Source: a virus
Length of the DNA: 64,000 bases
Virus record (IMG/VR): IMGVR_UViG_3300034137_000024
Location: 17,491-81,490 of that record
Direction: 5' to 3' (one strand)
Position 1 is the first letter of the stretch, and each line of letters begins with the position of its first letter. Position numbers and translations under genes: made by a program. Below, piece by piece: positions 45,653 to 55,228 of the stretch. Under the pieces are notes generated by a model, which did not search any database, was not told the origin of the DNA, and was given only the letters and a program-made list of their open reading frames with translations.

Positions 45653-47350
45653 CTAAACCACGACCCGGAGCGCGGGCAAGCCGAAGGATTTCGCCAGAGC
45701 ATCGGCATCATCACCATCAACGACTGGGTCATCATCGGCGCTCTGGTCCTTGGCCTTGCTCACCTTGTCGACTGCCGCGTCAGCCGGTGGCGGTTGGTCC
45801 TGCTCGTCTCCACCAGGTGCGTCATCGGCGCCAGCCTGCATTTCGCCCTGGAACACGCCCATCAGTGACGGATTGAGCGGAGCCTCGCCCCAGCTGGCCT
45901 TTGTTTCGTCCCAGCCGTTGGCTTTGCGGCCTTCGTTGACCGAAAGCAGTTTCTGCTGCTTGTCCCAGACAACCTGCTCGTTGGCCTCGTCCAGACCGGT
46001 CCAGCGGAACACATAGTCGGGCGAGAAGTCCGCCACGATGAAGTCACTGAAAACGTCCTCGAAGTGCGCCAGCAGCGGCCGCAGGCCTTTGTCCTTGGAG
46101 TTGATCAGCTTCTCTTCGGTATCGCTGCCGCTGAGCGAGCTGGTTCCCGCCGTGAACGATTCAAAGTTGATCTCGTCCGGAGCCATGCCGTAGATCGCGC
46201 AGATGATCGACGTCAGAAACGTCATCCACTTGGCGAACATGATCTCGTTCACGTCAACGCCGAATTTCTCGAAGGCCGCCCGGGACTCTTGGTCCTTGGA
46301 CACCAGGACGGGCATCTGCCAGGAGTTGTTGACGCCTTTAACCATCGCGTTCCAGTAGCGCTTGAAGTTGTTCAAGTCGTTCTGGTCGTAATTGCCGTTG
46401 AGGTGCAGCAGGCCCTTTGGTATGGCGTTGCTGTCGAAATACTTGGTGTTGTAGGTGAAGGCGTTTAGATAGCCGGTGACGACCCGAATCAGCAGCTCGG
46501 TCTCCGACATGCCGTAGCCACCATAAACCACGTCCGTACGCGGATTGCGCGGCACGTAGATCATATCGTCATGGGTATAGGCGGTGCGGATCTGCCCATC
46601 AACCACCTGCAGGGCGAAAATCTCGTCGTCACCCTCATAACCGACCTCGCTGCACAGTCGAACGGTGGCCCCGTCGACGGCGTAGAACCCGTCCATGCCA
46701 CGGCGTTTGTCGCGCTTGAATTCGGTCTCGATTGGCGCACTGTCCATGATCAGGCTGTCGCGGCTGAGCTTCGCCATAAAGGTCGAGAAGTTGTCCCGCT
46801 TGAGCTTGAGACGTGCCCGGGGGTTCGATTCCCAGCCGCAGTTTGTAAAGAAGCCCTCCAGCAACTGGATCGCCTTGAGCTGATCGGCCCCCTGCGGCTT
46901 TGAGGAGTCTTTCTGGCGGATGGCGAAGCCTGGCCCCTTGCCGTTTTCCTGGACGCGGCAAAAGCGTTTTATCTGACGTTGACGGGTCAGGATCACCGAA
47001 CCGAGGATTGGAGTTTGATCGACCATGGTGCGCATGGTGTCGAAGGAAAATGCACTGGGCCGATCATAATAGTCACCCATGGCCTGGACACGATGGTCGT
47101 CCAGCCACACCGACTGCATGCCCGGCTCACCGCGCCGAACGGCGGGACTTGGGAATGGCGCCGCCTGGGGGCGCGTCAAGGATTTTTGAAACTCCTGCTC
47201 TTGATACTGCCGCTGGACGAATTCGACCAGGGGCAACATATCCGGGACCGAGGAAGGCATTGCCGACTGCTGAGCGACACGCATGGCGTCGTCTCGCTCG
47301 TCTTGCGGCGCTGCGGGGTTATGGGCGGTTTGGAGGGCAATGTCAGTCAT
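45653..47350 (-). CDS. Portal protein
   Basis: 565 aa; DG.TVR, YVPRNPR.D...YG.SE.E, N.IPKGLL, VNEGR. Confidence 0.9.
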   Translation of the reverse strand: MTDIALQTAHNPAAPQDERDDAMRVAQQSAMPSSVPDMLPLVEFVQRQYQEQEFQKSLTRPQAAPFPSPAVRRGEPGMQSVWLDDHRVQAMGDYYDRPSAFSFDTMRTMVDQTPILGSVILTRQRQIKRFCRVQENGKGPGFAIRQKDSSKPQGADQLKAIQLLEGFFTNCGWESNPRARLKLKRDNFSTFMAKLSRDSLIMDSAPIETEFKRDKRRGMDGFYAVDGATVRLCSEVGYEGDDEIFALQVVDGQIRTAYTHDDMIYVPRNPRTDVVYGGYGMSETELLIRVVTGYLNAFTYNTKYFDSNAIPKGLLHLNGNYDQNDLNNFKRYWNAMVKGVNNSWQMPVLVSKDQESRAAFEKFGVDVNEIMFAKWMTFLTSIICAIYGMAPDEINFESFTAGTSSLSGSDTEEKLINSKDKGLRPLLAHFEDVFSDFIVADFSPDYVFRWTGLDEANEQVVWDKQQKLLSVNEGRKANGWDETKASWGEAPLNPSLMGVFQGEMQAGADDAPGGDEQDQPPPADAAVDKVSKAKDQSADDDPVVDGDDADALAKSFGLPALRVVV

Positions 47351-47356
47351 GTGGTG

Positions 47357-47409
47357 AGCATGGCGTCACGACGCCCCCGGTACGGCCCCGGCCGTCGTGA
47401 CGACAGGCT
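47357..47409. promoter_or_regulatory. Divergent pair of late-type promoters (portal / dUTPase)
   Basis: (-) GTCGTGAC-GC-CATGCT 47372-47357, ATG 6 nt later; (+) GTCGTGAC-GA-CAGGCT 47394-47409. Confidence 0.75.
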
Positions 47410-47440
47410 AGGCGGAATTTCCCAAACGAGATATCCCGTC

Positions 47441-48106
47441 GTGTTCAGTGTTTTCGAGAAGCAACTGCGTGCCCACTTCGTTCAATCCATTCACGCCGCG
47501 GGCCTGAGCCTCAGCCTCGACACCTTCCCCAGAAGCGGTGAATTCAACGACCCTGTCACCGCCTATATGTATCAAGGGTATGCCTTGCGGGCCAAGGAAT
47601 ATGGGCTGCAACCAGCGGTAACCATCCGCAACCACCCGCAACCGATACTCAAGGTGAAGAAGCTTCACCGCGACGCACAAATGCCTGTCTACGCAACGCC
47701 GGGGGCTGCCTGCTTCGACATCAGCGCAGTGGTCGACGATCCAGAAGGCATTCATGTGCGACCAGGCGTCGCCGCGATTATCGACACCGGGCTCGCGTTC
47801 GAGGTGCCCGAGGGGTGGGTACTCAAGGTGTACTCGCGCAGCGGCATGGGCTTCGGCCACGGTGTACGGCTGGCCAACTGCGTTGGAATCATCGACAGCG
47901 ATTTTCGCGGCGAACTGAAGATCAAGCTGGCCTGTGACCGCGACCAGATCGCCGAGAACTGGAGCTGCAATGGTTTTTCGGTGAATACCGGAAAACGCAT
48001 CGCCCAAGCAATGCTGGTACCCGCGCCACAATTCCCGATCCTAGAGGCCGTGGAACTGGCGGTAACTACCCGTGGTTCCGATGGGTTTGGAAGCACAGGC
48101 GCATAG
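47441..48106 (+). CDS. dut: dUTPase with about 65-aa N-terminal extension
   Basis: ACFD, RSG, GIIDSDFRGE, RIAQ, RG..GFGSTG; start codon uncertain. Confidence 0.9.
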   Translation: MFSVFEKQLRAHFVQSIHAAGLSLSLDTFPRSGEFNDPVTAYMYQGYALRAKEYGLQPAVTIRNHPQPILKVKKLHRDAQMPVYATPGAACFDISAVVDDPEGIHVRPGVAAIIDTGLAFEVPEGWVLKVYSRSGMGFGHGVRLANCVGIIDSDFRGELKIKLACDRDQIAENWSCNGFSVNTGKRIAQAMLVPAPQFPILEAVELAVTTRGSDGFGSTGA

Positions 48107-48122
48107 GTCGTGACCGCAAAGT
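48107..48122 (+). promoter_or_regulatory. Late-type promoter GTCGTGAC-CG-CAAAGT facing non-coding DNA
   Basis: Consensus match right after the dut stop codon. Confidence 0.6.
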
Positions 48123-48128
48123 TCATCC

Positions 48129-48400
48129 ATTGCCGCGCATGACATTGTCAGCAAGCGCCCCGGAAGCGGTCACCGGGAACAGATGACACGGTGAGACCCT
48201 AGCCGGGAGGGCCGCAGCAGCGGATGGTCCGGATGAGGATAAGCGAATGGTGCCTCAGCAGAAAAAACCAGCGCAGCATGGCCACGGAAAACTAAGCCTT
48301 ACTCCTGCCGGGGGCCATCCTGAAAGCTGATAGACCTGACGCATCTGGGCGACGGGGTCAGCAGACAGGTCGCTGACGGCGGGAAAGACCGCACTCCCCT
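48129..48400 (+). ncRNA. Candidate structured RNA
   Basis: No ORF of 60 aa or more, several stems, shares elements with 45406-45615. Confidence 0.45.
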
Positions 48401-48864
48401 CCTCCTTGCGCATGACGCAACGGCGACTGCAAGCCCCTGAATATGAACGAAAGTTAATAGCGCCTATCAGCGATGTTCATTTGACATCACGATCACGACT
48501 TGAGCAAAAAAATAGTTCAAAAATGTTCAAGTTTGCGATCCATTTGTGTCGTTCTTGTTGTAACGTCAGCCCACCGGGAAACAATCGCAAGTGCGCGATT
48601 ATTCTCGGGGTTTTGTAAAGAAACCGTACATTGGCTGATGTTTTTCTTACAAGATCGACACAAAGTAGCGTGCTAAAGCAGATTTCAGATACAAGTTAGA
48701 AAGCACGGGTAAATTTTGGGAAATGAAAGCTGTACCAACCACTCAAGACATTGATTGCTGAGCCGACCGCCACCGGCCCAGCAGCGAAACGCCGACCAGT
48801 TATGACCAGGTCTACGCTTCAACCAATAGTCGCCGCAGTTGCACCTCTAGGAAAGGAAGTGTTC

Positions 48865-49122
48865 ATGAACGAAAAAAGCATGGCGCGTTTTTTAGGCTTG
48901 GCCCCAAAAGCACAACCTACCGCCGTTACACGCGGGCTCGTTGTTGTTATGTCAGTACGCAAGGGTGGTGTCGGCCCGATTCTGCGATACACCCACCCTA
49001 CCAACACCATCAGCCGCCTCGAGGCGCAAATCGAGGCTCAGCAGGCAGCCAGAAGGGAAGGCCTGACGTTCTGGACCCTCCTCGACATCTCTCCACCTGA
49101 TCAAGTTGCCGTCGCGATGTAA
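48865..49122 (+). CDS. Hypothetical protein
   Basis: SD AGGAAAGGA before MNEKSMARF; AT-rich upstream region. Confidence 0.6.
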   Translation: MNEKSMARFLGLAPKAQPTAVTRGLVVVMSVRKGGVGPILRYTHPTNTISRLEAQIEAQQAARREGLTFWTLLDISPPDQVAVAM

Positions 49123-51710
49123 GCCCAACAACCGGGATCTTTTGGCCTCACCGTTGCTTGTAACTCGCGGCAACGGTTGGTAACTGGGTCCCGGTTACTG
49201 CAAGTTCCGCACGTATTCGCCAACGCATACTCGATCTGAGCAACCACAGTTGAAGCTTGGATAGGCAACGCCGCCCTGACCCCCTCCGCAGCAACTCCCT
49301 GCTGATTCGCCGACTCCGGCAAGATAAATGTACTGGTCCCGTGTGCGCGTGAATACGCGACGTCACAGAGCATGTTTGCATAGCTGGTATGAGGGTCAAT
49401 GCCGATCTTGACCACGCGGCGGGTGTATTTCTTCTCTTCCTCATCCTTCTCGGCAATCAGCGCGGTGCGGGTGAAGTGCAAAAACGCCACTTCACGACAC
49501 GCTGCCTTGACCACCATTTCGCCTTTCTCGAAATAGTCCTGCACCAGGGCATCAGGATCCGGGAACAGACACTGGGTCAACTGAATACGCGACATCGCCG
49601 ACTGCATGCACTTGTACTGGTCCAGGCGCACGGTATAGCGAGTCCGGCCATCTTCGGTGGTCCGGCGTTCGGAGGCGTTCAGGCGCGCTGTATCGCCCCA
49701 AATCATCATCTGACCGTCCATGTTGCCGTAGCCGGCCAAGAACACACGCCCCTCATGGCGCTGCGCGAAACGCTGGGCGTCGTTGTAGTTTGGTAGGGCC
49801 TCCACCACGCAGCACTGCACGTTGAAGGCATCCATAAGCTCGGAGGTCCGCGCAAATGGGTCGTTGTTGAAAATGTACTCCAGGTGGACCACAGCCTGAC
49901 GTCCGTCCGGCAAGCGCTTTTTGATGATGGCAACCACGTAGTTACCACCCTGGTCGAGCCCCATGAACGTCTCGCGGTCCGACTTACGCCACAGCAGACC
50001 GTAAGCCATGCCCACGCGGGCACATTCGTTGAGCATCGCCAGATTGACCGGAGTCTGCGACGGGTCGGTGTAGGGCTTGCCGAGCTTCCGGTTATAGAAG
50101 TTCTTCATATCGTCGGCTTCGCGGTACGCCTCGATAATCTCTCGCGGTGAGATCGTCGGCGACAGGAACTGCGGGAAGTGAACCGAGACAATTGCGGCCT
50201 CGGGTACCTTTGCCAGCCATTCACCGGCCTGGGGATCGTCGATCCAGCCCGAACAGACGTGGCAGCGGTACCGATATTCGCCATACGTGGTGGGTATGCC
50301 GTCGCGTTGAACGCGCTGCGGTGCTTCTGGGTCAAAACCAATGCATTGAGGGAAGTGCTCGTCCAGCACCTGACCGGTTTCACAGTGCGGGCAGCGCGTA
50401 TGGAACTGGTGCTGGGTGCCCTTCTTGTACCACCAGTGAATATCGGAATCGGGCCAGTTGGCCGTCGAACCCATGAGCGTGTAACGGATCCGTGAAGCGG
50501 ACAGACGCTCGCGGGTTTTTTCCATATCCGCGATGGTCATTTCCTGCACTTCGTCGAACGACAGAACGTCCATCGGGAACGATTCGGTCGCCGTCTTACC
50601 TGTGGTCCACAGGAAGTGAAACCGAGAAGAACCGAGGTTTCGGATAAGGACGTTACCCTCCCCGCCCTTGGTGCCGCTGGCATTCTTGTCGACCATCATC
50701 CGATACACCTCGGGAATGGTCTTGATGATCGGCATAAAGCGGTGCGTGGACTTGCCGCTGGCCAGCATCTGCGACGGCATGAACATGCCAACCTTGGCCG
50801 GCGCGAATTTGATCGACAGATAGATCATCGCCAGGCATTCGAGCACCGAGAAACCTACCTGGGTGCATTTCATCACCACATGCGTCGTCAGATAGGCCTG
50901 TTTCGGGTCCGATGGGATCAAGCTGTAAATGAACCGCATCGCAGGCCGATCGGAGAGTGTGAACCGTACCCCGTCGACCTTGAGCCCGTCCTTTTCCAGG
51001 CGTTCGCACCACTCCACAAACGACTCGTTTAGCCCGATAAAACGCTGCAAGGGGTCGAGTTCAAAGGCCAACTCCAGGAATTCGGCGTTAAAACGCTGCC
51101 GCCACTCGAATTCCGTGATGCTTTCGGCCTCCTCCGCGCTTTTTCGCGGAAAAAATGGGTTCTCGTAGGCGCTATGGTGCGAGCAACGCCAAGACGGGTC
51201 CTCCAGACCACGCTCGTACAGGCGATAGAAATCGTTTCGCTTGCCGTAGGCATTGGAAAGGAACCAGACCTGACCCTTGTGCGTACGCAGCGACTCGCTA
51301 AGCAGGTCCTCCCACAGATGCAGGAAGTCCGGCACCCGGCAAACGTCGTCGACCACCACCAGGCCGAACTGGTCCAGGGTGTTGATCTTCTCGTCAAGGG
51401 AATAGAAATAGATGCTGTTGCCGTTCTGCAGCTCGACCTGGTGACCGCTGACACGACGGCGTACAAACGAGTCGATCGCACGGATCACGGTGCGTTTTAC
51501 CGCAAGCATTTCCTCACGGGTCGCCGAAAACCAAGCAACAGGCGCCATGCCGGCGATCGCGCCATGCGGAGACGCAACCAGCGCCTCGATGCCGAGTGTT
51601 GTTTTGCCACCCTGCTCGCCTATGCACACGGCATTAAACCGAGCAGCGTTAGACAGGATGCGTTCTTGAACAGGGAAAGGTGCTGGGAGGCGTATTTTTA
51701 ATGGGCTCAT
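49101..51710 (-). CDS. Terminase large subunit (gpA-like) with an extra degenerate N-terminal terminase ATPase domain
   Basis: Domain 1: Q..I...ARF, GEQGGKT, VVVDD; domain 2: MKCTQVGFS, FDEVQEM, GST; CPHC zinc finger; nuclease GLDQG. Confidence 0.9.
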   Translation of the reverse strand: MSPLKIRLPAPFPVQERILSNAARFNAVCIGEQGGKTTLGIEALVASPHGAIAGMAPVAWFSATREEMLAVKRTVIRAIDSFVRRRVSGHQVELQNGNSIYFYSLDEKINTLDQFGLVVVDDVCRVPDFLHLWEDLLSESLRTHKGQVWFLSNAYGKRNDFYRLYERGLEDPSWRCSHHSAYENPFFPRKSAEEAESITEFEWRQRFNAEFLELAFELDPLQRFIGLNESFVEWCERLEKDGLKVDGVRFTLSDRPAMRFIYSLIPSDPKQAYLTTHVVMKCTQVGFSVLECLAMIYLSIKFAPAKVGMFMPSQMLASGKSTHRFMPIIKTIPEVYRMMVDKNASGTKGGEGNVLIRNLGSSRFHFLWTTGKTATESFPMDVLSFDEVQEMTIADMEKTRERLSASRIRYTLMGSTANWPDSDIHWWYKKGTQHQFHTRCPHCETGQVLDEHFPQCIGFDPEAPQRVQRDGIPTTYGEYRYRCHVCSGWIDDPQAGEWLAKVPEAAIVSVHFPQFLSPTISPREIIEAYREADDMKNFYNRKLGKPYTDPSQTPVNLAMLNECARVGMAYGLLWRKSDRETFMGLDQGGNYVVAIIKKRLPDGRQAVVHLEYIFNNDPFARTSELMDAFNVQCCVVEALPNYNDAQRFAQRHEGRVFLAGYGNMDGQMMIWGDTARLNASERRTTEDGRTRYTVRLDQYKCMQSAMSRIQLTQCLFPDPDALVQDYFEKGEMVVKAACREVAFLHFTRTALIAEKDEEEKKYTRRVVKIGIDPHTSYANMLCDVAYSRAHGTSTFILPESANQQGVAAEGVRAALPIQASTVVAQIEYALANTCGTCSNRDPVTNRCRELQATVRPKDPGCWAYIATAT

Positions 51711-51716
51711 AGCCCG

Positions 51717-51732
51717 AGCTTGAAGTCACGAC
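51717..51732 (-). promoter_or_regulatory. Late-type promoter GTCGTGAC-TT-CAAGCT (leaderless terminase)
   Basis: ATG 6 nt after the hexamer, no SD. Confidence 0.78.
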
Positions 51733-52061
51733 AGACCCACGGCCGGAACAGGCACCAGACCTGGACGGCGCCGAGCTGGCCACACTGGGAAGCGGCCCGG
51801 GAATACGTCAGGCGCACCGAGCAGTACGACATGACCGTTTGCAGCGGTTACAGCGAGCGGGAGCGGTGCGCGATGCCTGTAGGAGCGGACGAGATGCGCG
51901 TAACAAACAGGTACGCCGCCCAGTTACGCCGCGAAATGGAGGGGCACTGCGGGTGCGCCGCGGTATTCCAGCGCACGCTCAAGGCCTACACGGCAAGCCT
52001 TCAATACCGGCAGGACATGGCGGAGATTTACCAGGGCTGGCGCCCGCTCCACCGCCGCTAA
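51720..52061 (+). CDS. Hypothetical protein (start uncertain)
   Basis: W..AREY.RRTE.YD..VC.G; TTG start overlaps the promoter motif. Confidence 0.5.
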   Translation: MKSRQTHGRNRHQTWTAPSWPHWEAAREYVRRTEQYDMTVCSGYSERERCAMPVGADEMRVTNRYAAQLRREMEGHCGCAAVFQRTLKAYTASLQYRQDMAEIYQGWRPLHRR

Positions 52062-52173
52062 AGCCCCGACAGTCGCGTGTCCATTGCTCAAATTTGAGGT
52101 AGGGCGTAGGATCAGAGATGCACCTACCCCAAGATGGGGGTTGCATGCTACCTACCCATAAGGGAGAGCCACG

Positions 52174-52338
52174 ATGGCTACGATTCAACGTCAGCGTTCC
52201 GAACAGGCAGCTCGACCAAAACCGCGCGTCAGCAAGAGCAGCGTGAGCCTGACCGAAGCACTGGGCCAGGCGATCAAAGCCGGCGACGCAAAATATGACT
52301 ACTTTGTTCAGAATGGCAGGCTGCCTCTGACTAAGTGA
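52174..52338 (+). CDS. Putative antitoxin (54 aa), not in ORF track
   Basis: SD AGGGAG; MATIQRQRSEQAARPKPRVSKSSVSLTEALGQAIKAGDAKYDYFVQNGRLPLTK*; 6 nt before the toxin. Confidence 0.65.
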   Translation: MATIQRQRSEQAARPKPRVSKSSVSLTEALGQAIKAGDAKYDYFVQNGRLPLTK

Positions 52339-52344
52339 GGGGTT

Positions 52345-52776
52345 TTGTATCCACGCATTGAAGTAACTCAGCAGTTCATGCAAGACGTCCCTGATTGGGG
52401 CGTCATCTACACCGCCTTCTACAACTACAAACTTTGCGGAATTCTCCCGGACAACTTCGGCCGCGACGCTTACATCCATCCCCGCCCCCTGTATCACCTC
52501 CAGGTCACGACGAATCCGATCATCATCGCCCGATGGTCCAAGACCGACGTGATCTTCAAGCGCACAGTTTTGAAAGACGTCGAAGCTGAACATGACCATT
52601 GGCTGCTTTACGCCCATGACGTGCCCGGCAACCGATACCTTTTGCTGGCCATCTTTGGCCCAAATGCCCACCAAGACAAAGACCGCGACAATTACCTGCG
52701 GACTTTGAAGGTCGAAGTCGTTGACCCATGGATGACGGGGACCCTCACCTGCTACGAGCCGCCGGAAGACGACTGA
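52345..52776 (+). CDS. YafO-family toxin
   Basis: FGRD, HWL.YA.....RYLLLAI..P.AH. Confidence 0.75.
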   Translation: MYPRIEVTQQFMQDVPDWGVIYTAFYNYKLCGILPDNFGRDAYIHPRPLYHLQVTTNPIIIARWSKTDVIFKRTVLKDVEAEHDHWLLYAHDVPGNRYLLLAIFGPNAHQDKDRDNYLRTLKVEVVDPWMTGTLTCYEPPEDD

Positions 52777-52846
52777 CCAGACAGCGGCAGGCAGTCGAAG
52801 ACCGCACTAGCCTCAATGCGGCTTCGGCCTCCTGTCCGCCTAAGCT

Positions 52847-53293
52847 CTACTCATAGACCCGTTTATACTTTTCTTTGATGTGGAGCTGTGCGTCGAGTAT
52901 TTCCTCGTCCGCCGTAATAGGCCAAACCAAGTCGGCGCCCATATTCGTCGCCCCTCTGAAAAAGTAATTACGACCGGCCACAAACGCAAAATCACGAGTC
53001 ACGTCTTGAAGCAGGCCTTTGACCATAATGACGGTATGGGCTCCGCCCTCTACTTCTAGATAGAAAAACTCCCCATTGTCTATGTCCGCTGCTTTTTTTC
53101 CGTCAACGACAACATCTGTATCCACCGCCGCGCCGAAAAGCCCTGTGTTCCAGCGGTAAAAATAAAGCCCCGCCTTGCCCGCGGCCGGAGTCGTGAAGTC
53201 TCTAGTGGTATCAATTGTGGTTGCGGGAGGGGTTGCACATCCCGTTAGCGCGATACAGAAGGAAACTAAAACCACTTTGAAATAATGCAACAC
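52847..53293 (-). CDS. DUF2846-like lipoprotein (moron)
   Basis: Lipobox LTGC; KAGLYFYR, V.VDG....I.NG.FFY.EV..G.H; lower GC. Confidence 0.8.
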   Translation of the reverse strand: MLHYFKVVLVSFCIALTGCATPPATTIDTTRDFTTPAAGKAGLYFYRWNTGLFGAAVDTDVVVDGKKAADIDNGEFFYLEVEGGAHTVIMVKGLLQDVTRDFAFVAGRNYFFRGATNMGADLVWPITADEEILDAQLHIKEKYKRVYE

Positions 53294-53650
53294 TTGTAGC
53301 CTCCATGGAGAGTCTCGCTCCCTTCTAGTCAGTATGGGCTATCAATAATAGCAGATTAATATCACCCCTCAGAGCACGCTGCCCTGATAGGCGGAATCGC
53401 GTCAACCTTCAAGGCCCGTGCACCAGAAACACAAACCTCCAGGCTGCCAGTAACAACGAATGTTGATCGACGACTCTAGCGCCGGACCTGATCACCGCGC
53501 ACCCGATAACCGGCTGCAACTACACTTGGTTATTGCGGCTGCAGGACGATGGATGAGCCAGCCTTCACGATAGCTTCAATCCACTCCCCGGCAGAGATGC
53601 TCAACGCTGTTCTAGCTTTAACAACATGAACAGCCAGAGCAGGTCACAGG

Positions 53651-54841
53651 CTATGAGGAATCACTGCCAGGATCAAAGTCCCCTAAAGGCAAGGGCACCC
53701 CCGGTGGGGCAGGTACCTGATGTACACCATAAGGAACATCGGGAGCAGCGACGGCGGAGCGCCCCTTAAACGCGATCACAGCGGCGAATTTCTCGACCTC
53801 TTCGATGATGTGGCGGTGAGCAGCCACGGTCTGCCGTGCAAGGCCCGCCATGCGCGCTATAGCGACGCTGGTGAGCTCTTGGCCCCGCTGCTGCAATAGA
53901 CGGCAAGCGGCCCTCACCTTCGATTCTGTGGCTTGATGGCGCAGGTCGTGGGTGCGCTTGGCTGACATGCGCTGACGCTCGGCCAGTGGCAGGCTGGAAT
54001 CCAGCGCCATGGCGCCACGGTGGACGCGAGAACTGCCGTAATACTTGCTCCACGTCCAGTTCGCCACGGACTTGACCGTCGCACGCAGCGAGGACTCAGG
54101 CAGGTTCGTAGACATGCCCCACTTGGCGAAACCGTTGTTGTTGTGCGCGAACGCACGCAGCAGCGCCAGAAACGAGGAAAAACACCCCGCTTCGCGCTGC
54201 CGGTTAACGATGCTGTATGCGTAATAGCGCAGCTGCTCGAACATCAAGCAGTGCCGGGAGTGACTGACCTCGACCAGAGAGCGGCGGACTGCCCACGGCT
54301 TCGTCGTCTCAAGTTCGACGTATTCAGCCAGGTCGCCGAGATCGTAGACGTGGTCGTGCAGATCCATCGTCGCCCACCACGGATGGCCGGGCGTCTTGGC
54401 GACAGGGCCGCTGTGGTATTCGAGATCCGCGTCCAGCACCAGGGCAAACGCCTGATACACGGCTTTCATGTAGTTGATGGGCGCGTGGCGAGCGTTGTCC
54501 GACGTGCAGACGGGGGCAATGGCGTAGTAGAGGTGGCAATGGCCGTTGTTGCGGTTGCGCACGATCATGTTGGGCGCAGGCAGGCCCTTCTCTTCCCATA
54601 TCAGGGAGTTCGCATGATCGAGGTCGAAGACCAGCCACGACGTCATCCCCGGGCGGTTAACCTGCATATAGGGGTAGTTGACGGCGTACTCCCGCGGACG
54701 AATCCGGGTTGCCGTCTTGTCATCGCTGCAGCGGGCAAGATACGAGGCTTCCTCAAGAACACGGCTCAGGGCCGATCCTTTCAGGTAGTAACGCTCGCCC
54801 GCAGGCTGGACCTTTTCGAGTTTTTTCGGCTTTACCGACAT
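53651..54841 (-). CDS. repA: Plasmid replicase RepA (ColE2/pPT23A type)
   Basis: YMQVNRPG..SWLVFDLDH, LP.PN..VRNR..GH.HL.YAI, KTPGHP.W, C-terminal HTH. Confidence 0.92.
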   Translation of the reverse strand: MSVKPKKLEKVQPAGERYYLKGSALSRVLEEASYLARCSDDKTATRIRPREYAVNYPYMQVNRPGMTSWLVFDLDHANSLIWEEKGLPAPNMIVRNRNNGHCHLYYAIAPVCTSDNARHAPINYMKAVYQAFALVLDADLEYHSGPVAKTPGHPWWATMDLHDHVYDLGDLAEYVELETTKPWAVRRSLVEVSHSRHCLMFEQLRYYAYSIVNRQREAGCFSSFLALLRAFAHNNNGFAKWGMSTNLPESSLRATVKSVANWTWSKYYGSSRVHRGAMALDSSLPLAERQRMSAKRTHDLRHQATESKVRAACRLLQQRGQELTSVAIARMAGLARQTVAAHRHIIEEVEKFAAVIAFKGRSAVAAPDVPYGVHQVPAPPGVPLPLGDFDPGSDSS

Positions 54842-54845
54842 ACCC

Positions 54846-54864
54846 TGCCGCCAAAACGGCGGCA
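54846..54864 (-). promoter_or_regulatory. Hairpin in the repA leader
   Basis: TGCCGCC-aaaac-GGCGGCA, 4 nt before the ATG. Confidence 0.5.
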
Positions 54865-55012
54865 AGCAGACGGACGGACGCAAAAAATAATGCGCCCACA
54901 CTTGCACACGGATGCGCAGGTATCCATAATCTCACCTAGCTGTTACGTGAGCACTACAACGGTTTTCCGCCAAGAAATCTGACGTTGAGTGCTCATTTTT
55001 TTTGCCCCGAGT

Positions 55013-55228
55013 TTATGCTTCGGGGGGCTCATCCAAATCGTAATCTCTTAAATCGAACGACAACTGCGGGTTATCAATGCCCTCGTCTAGTTGCCGGACG
55101 TACTCCTGCACGGCCTCCCGAAGTCTCTTTGACATATTCGTCCCTCTCTCGCGCATCGCAGCATCAAAGCGGCGCTTGGTGCGCTCGTCTATTTTGAAGC
55201 TGGAAACTATGTATCTGGGGCTATCCAA
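55013..55228 (-). CDS. Ribbon-helix-helix (CopG-like) regulator
   Basis: SFKIDE.TK.RF...M..RGTNMS..LREAV.EYV; upstream of repA. Confidence 0.7.
   Translation of the reverse strand: MDSPRYIVSSFKIDERTKRRFDAAMRERGTNMSKRLREAVQEYVRQLDEGIDNPQLSFDLRDYDLDEPPEA

Noticed and set aside
46979-47440. Long N-terminal extension of the dUTPase ORF in the track
   Set aside because: Overlaps the portal gene antisense and lies upstream of the motif promoter at 47394.
48200-48260. GGATGAG...CGAA as a possible hammerhead ribozyme core
   Set aside because: Lacks CUGANGA and GAAA with the required stems.
48440-48760. AT-rich stretch as a replication origin
   Set aside because: No iterons or DnaA boxes recognised; more simply the promoter region of ORF 48865.
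52504-52511. GTCACGAC inside the YafO-like gene
   Set aside because: The hexamer position reads GGAGGT; it is in coding sequence and antisense, so likely chance.
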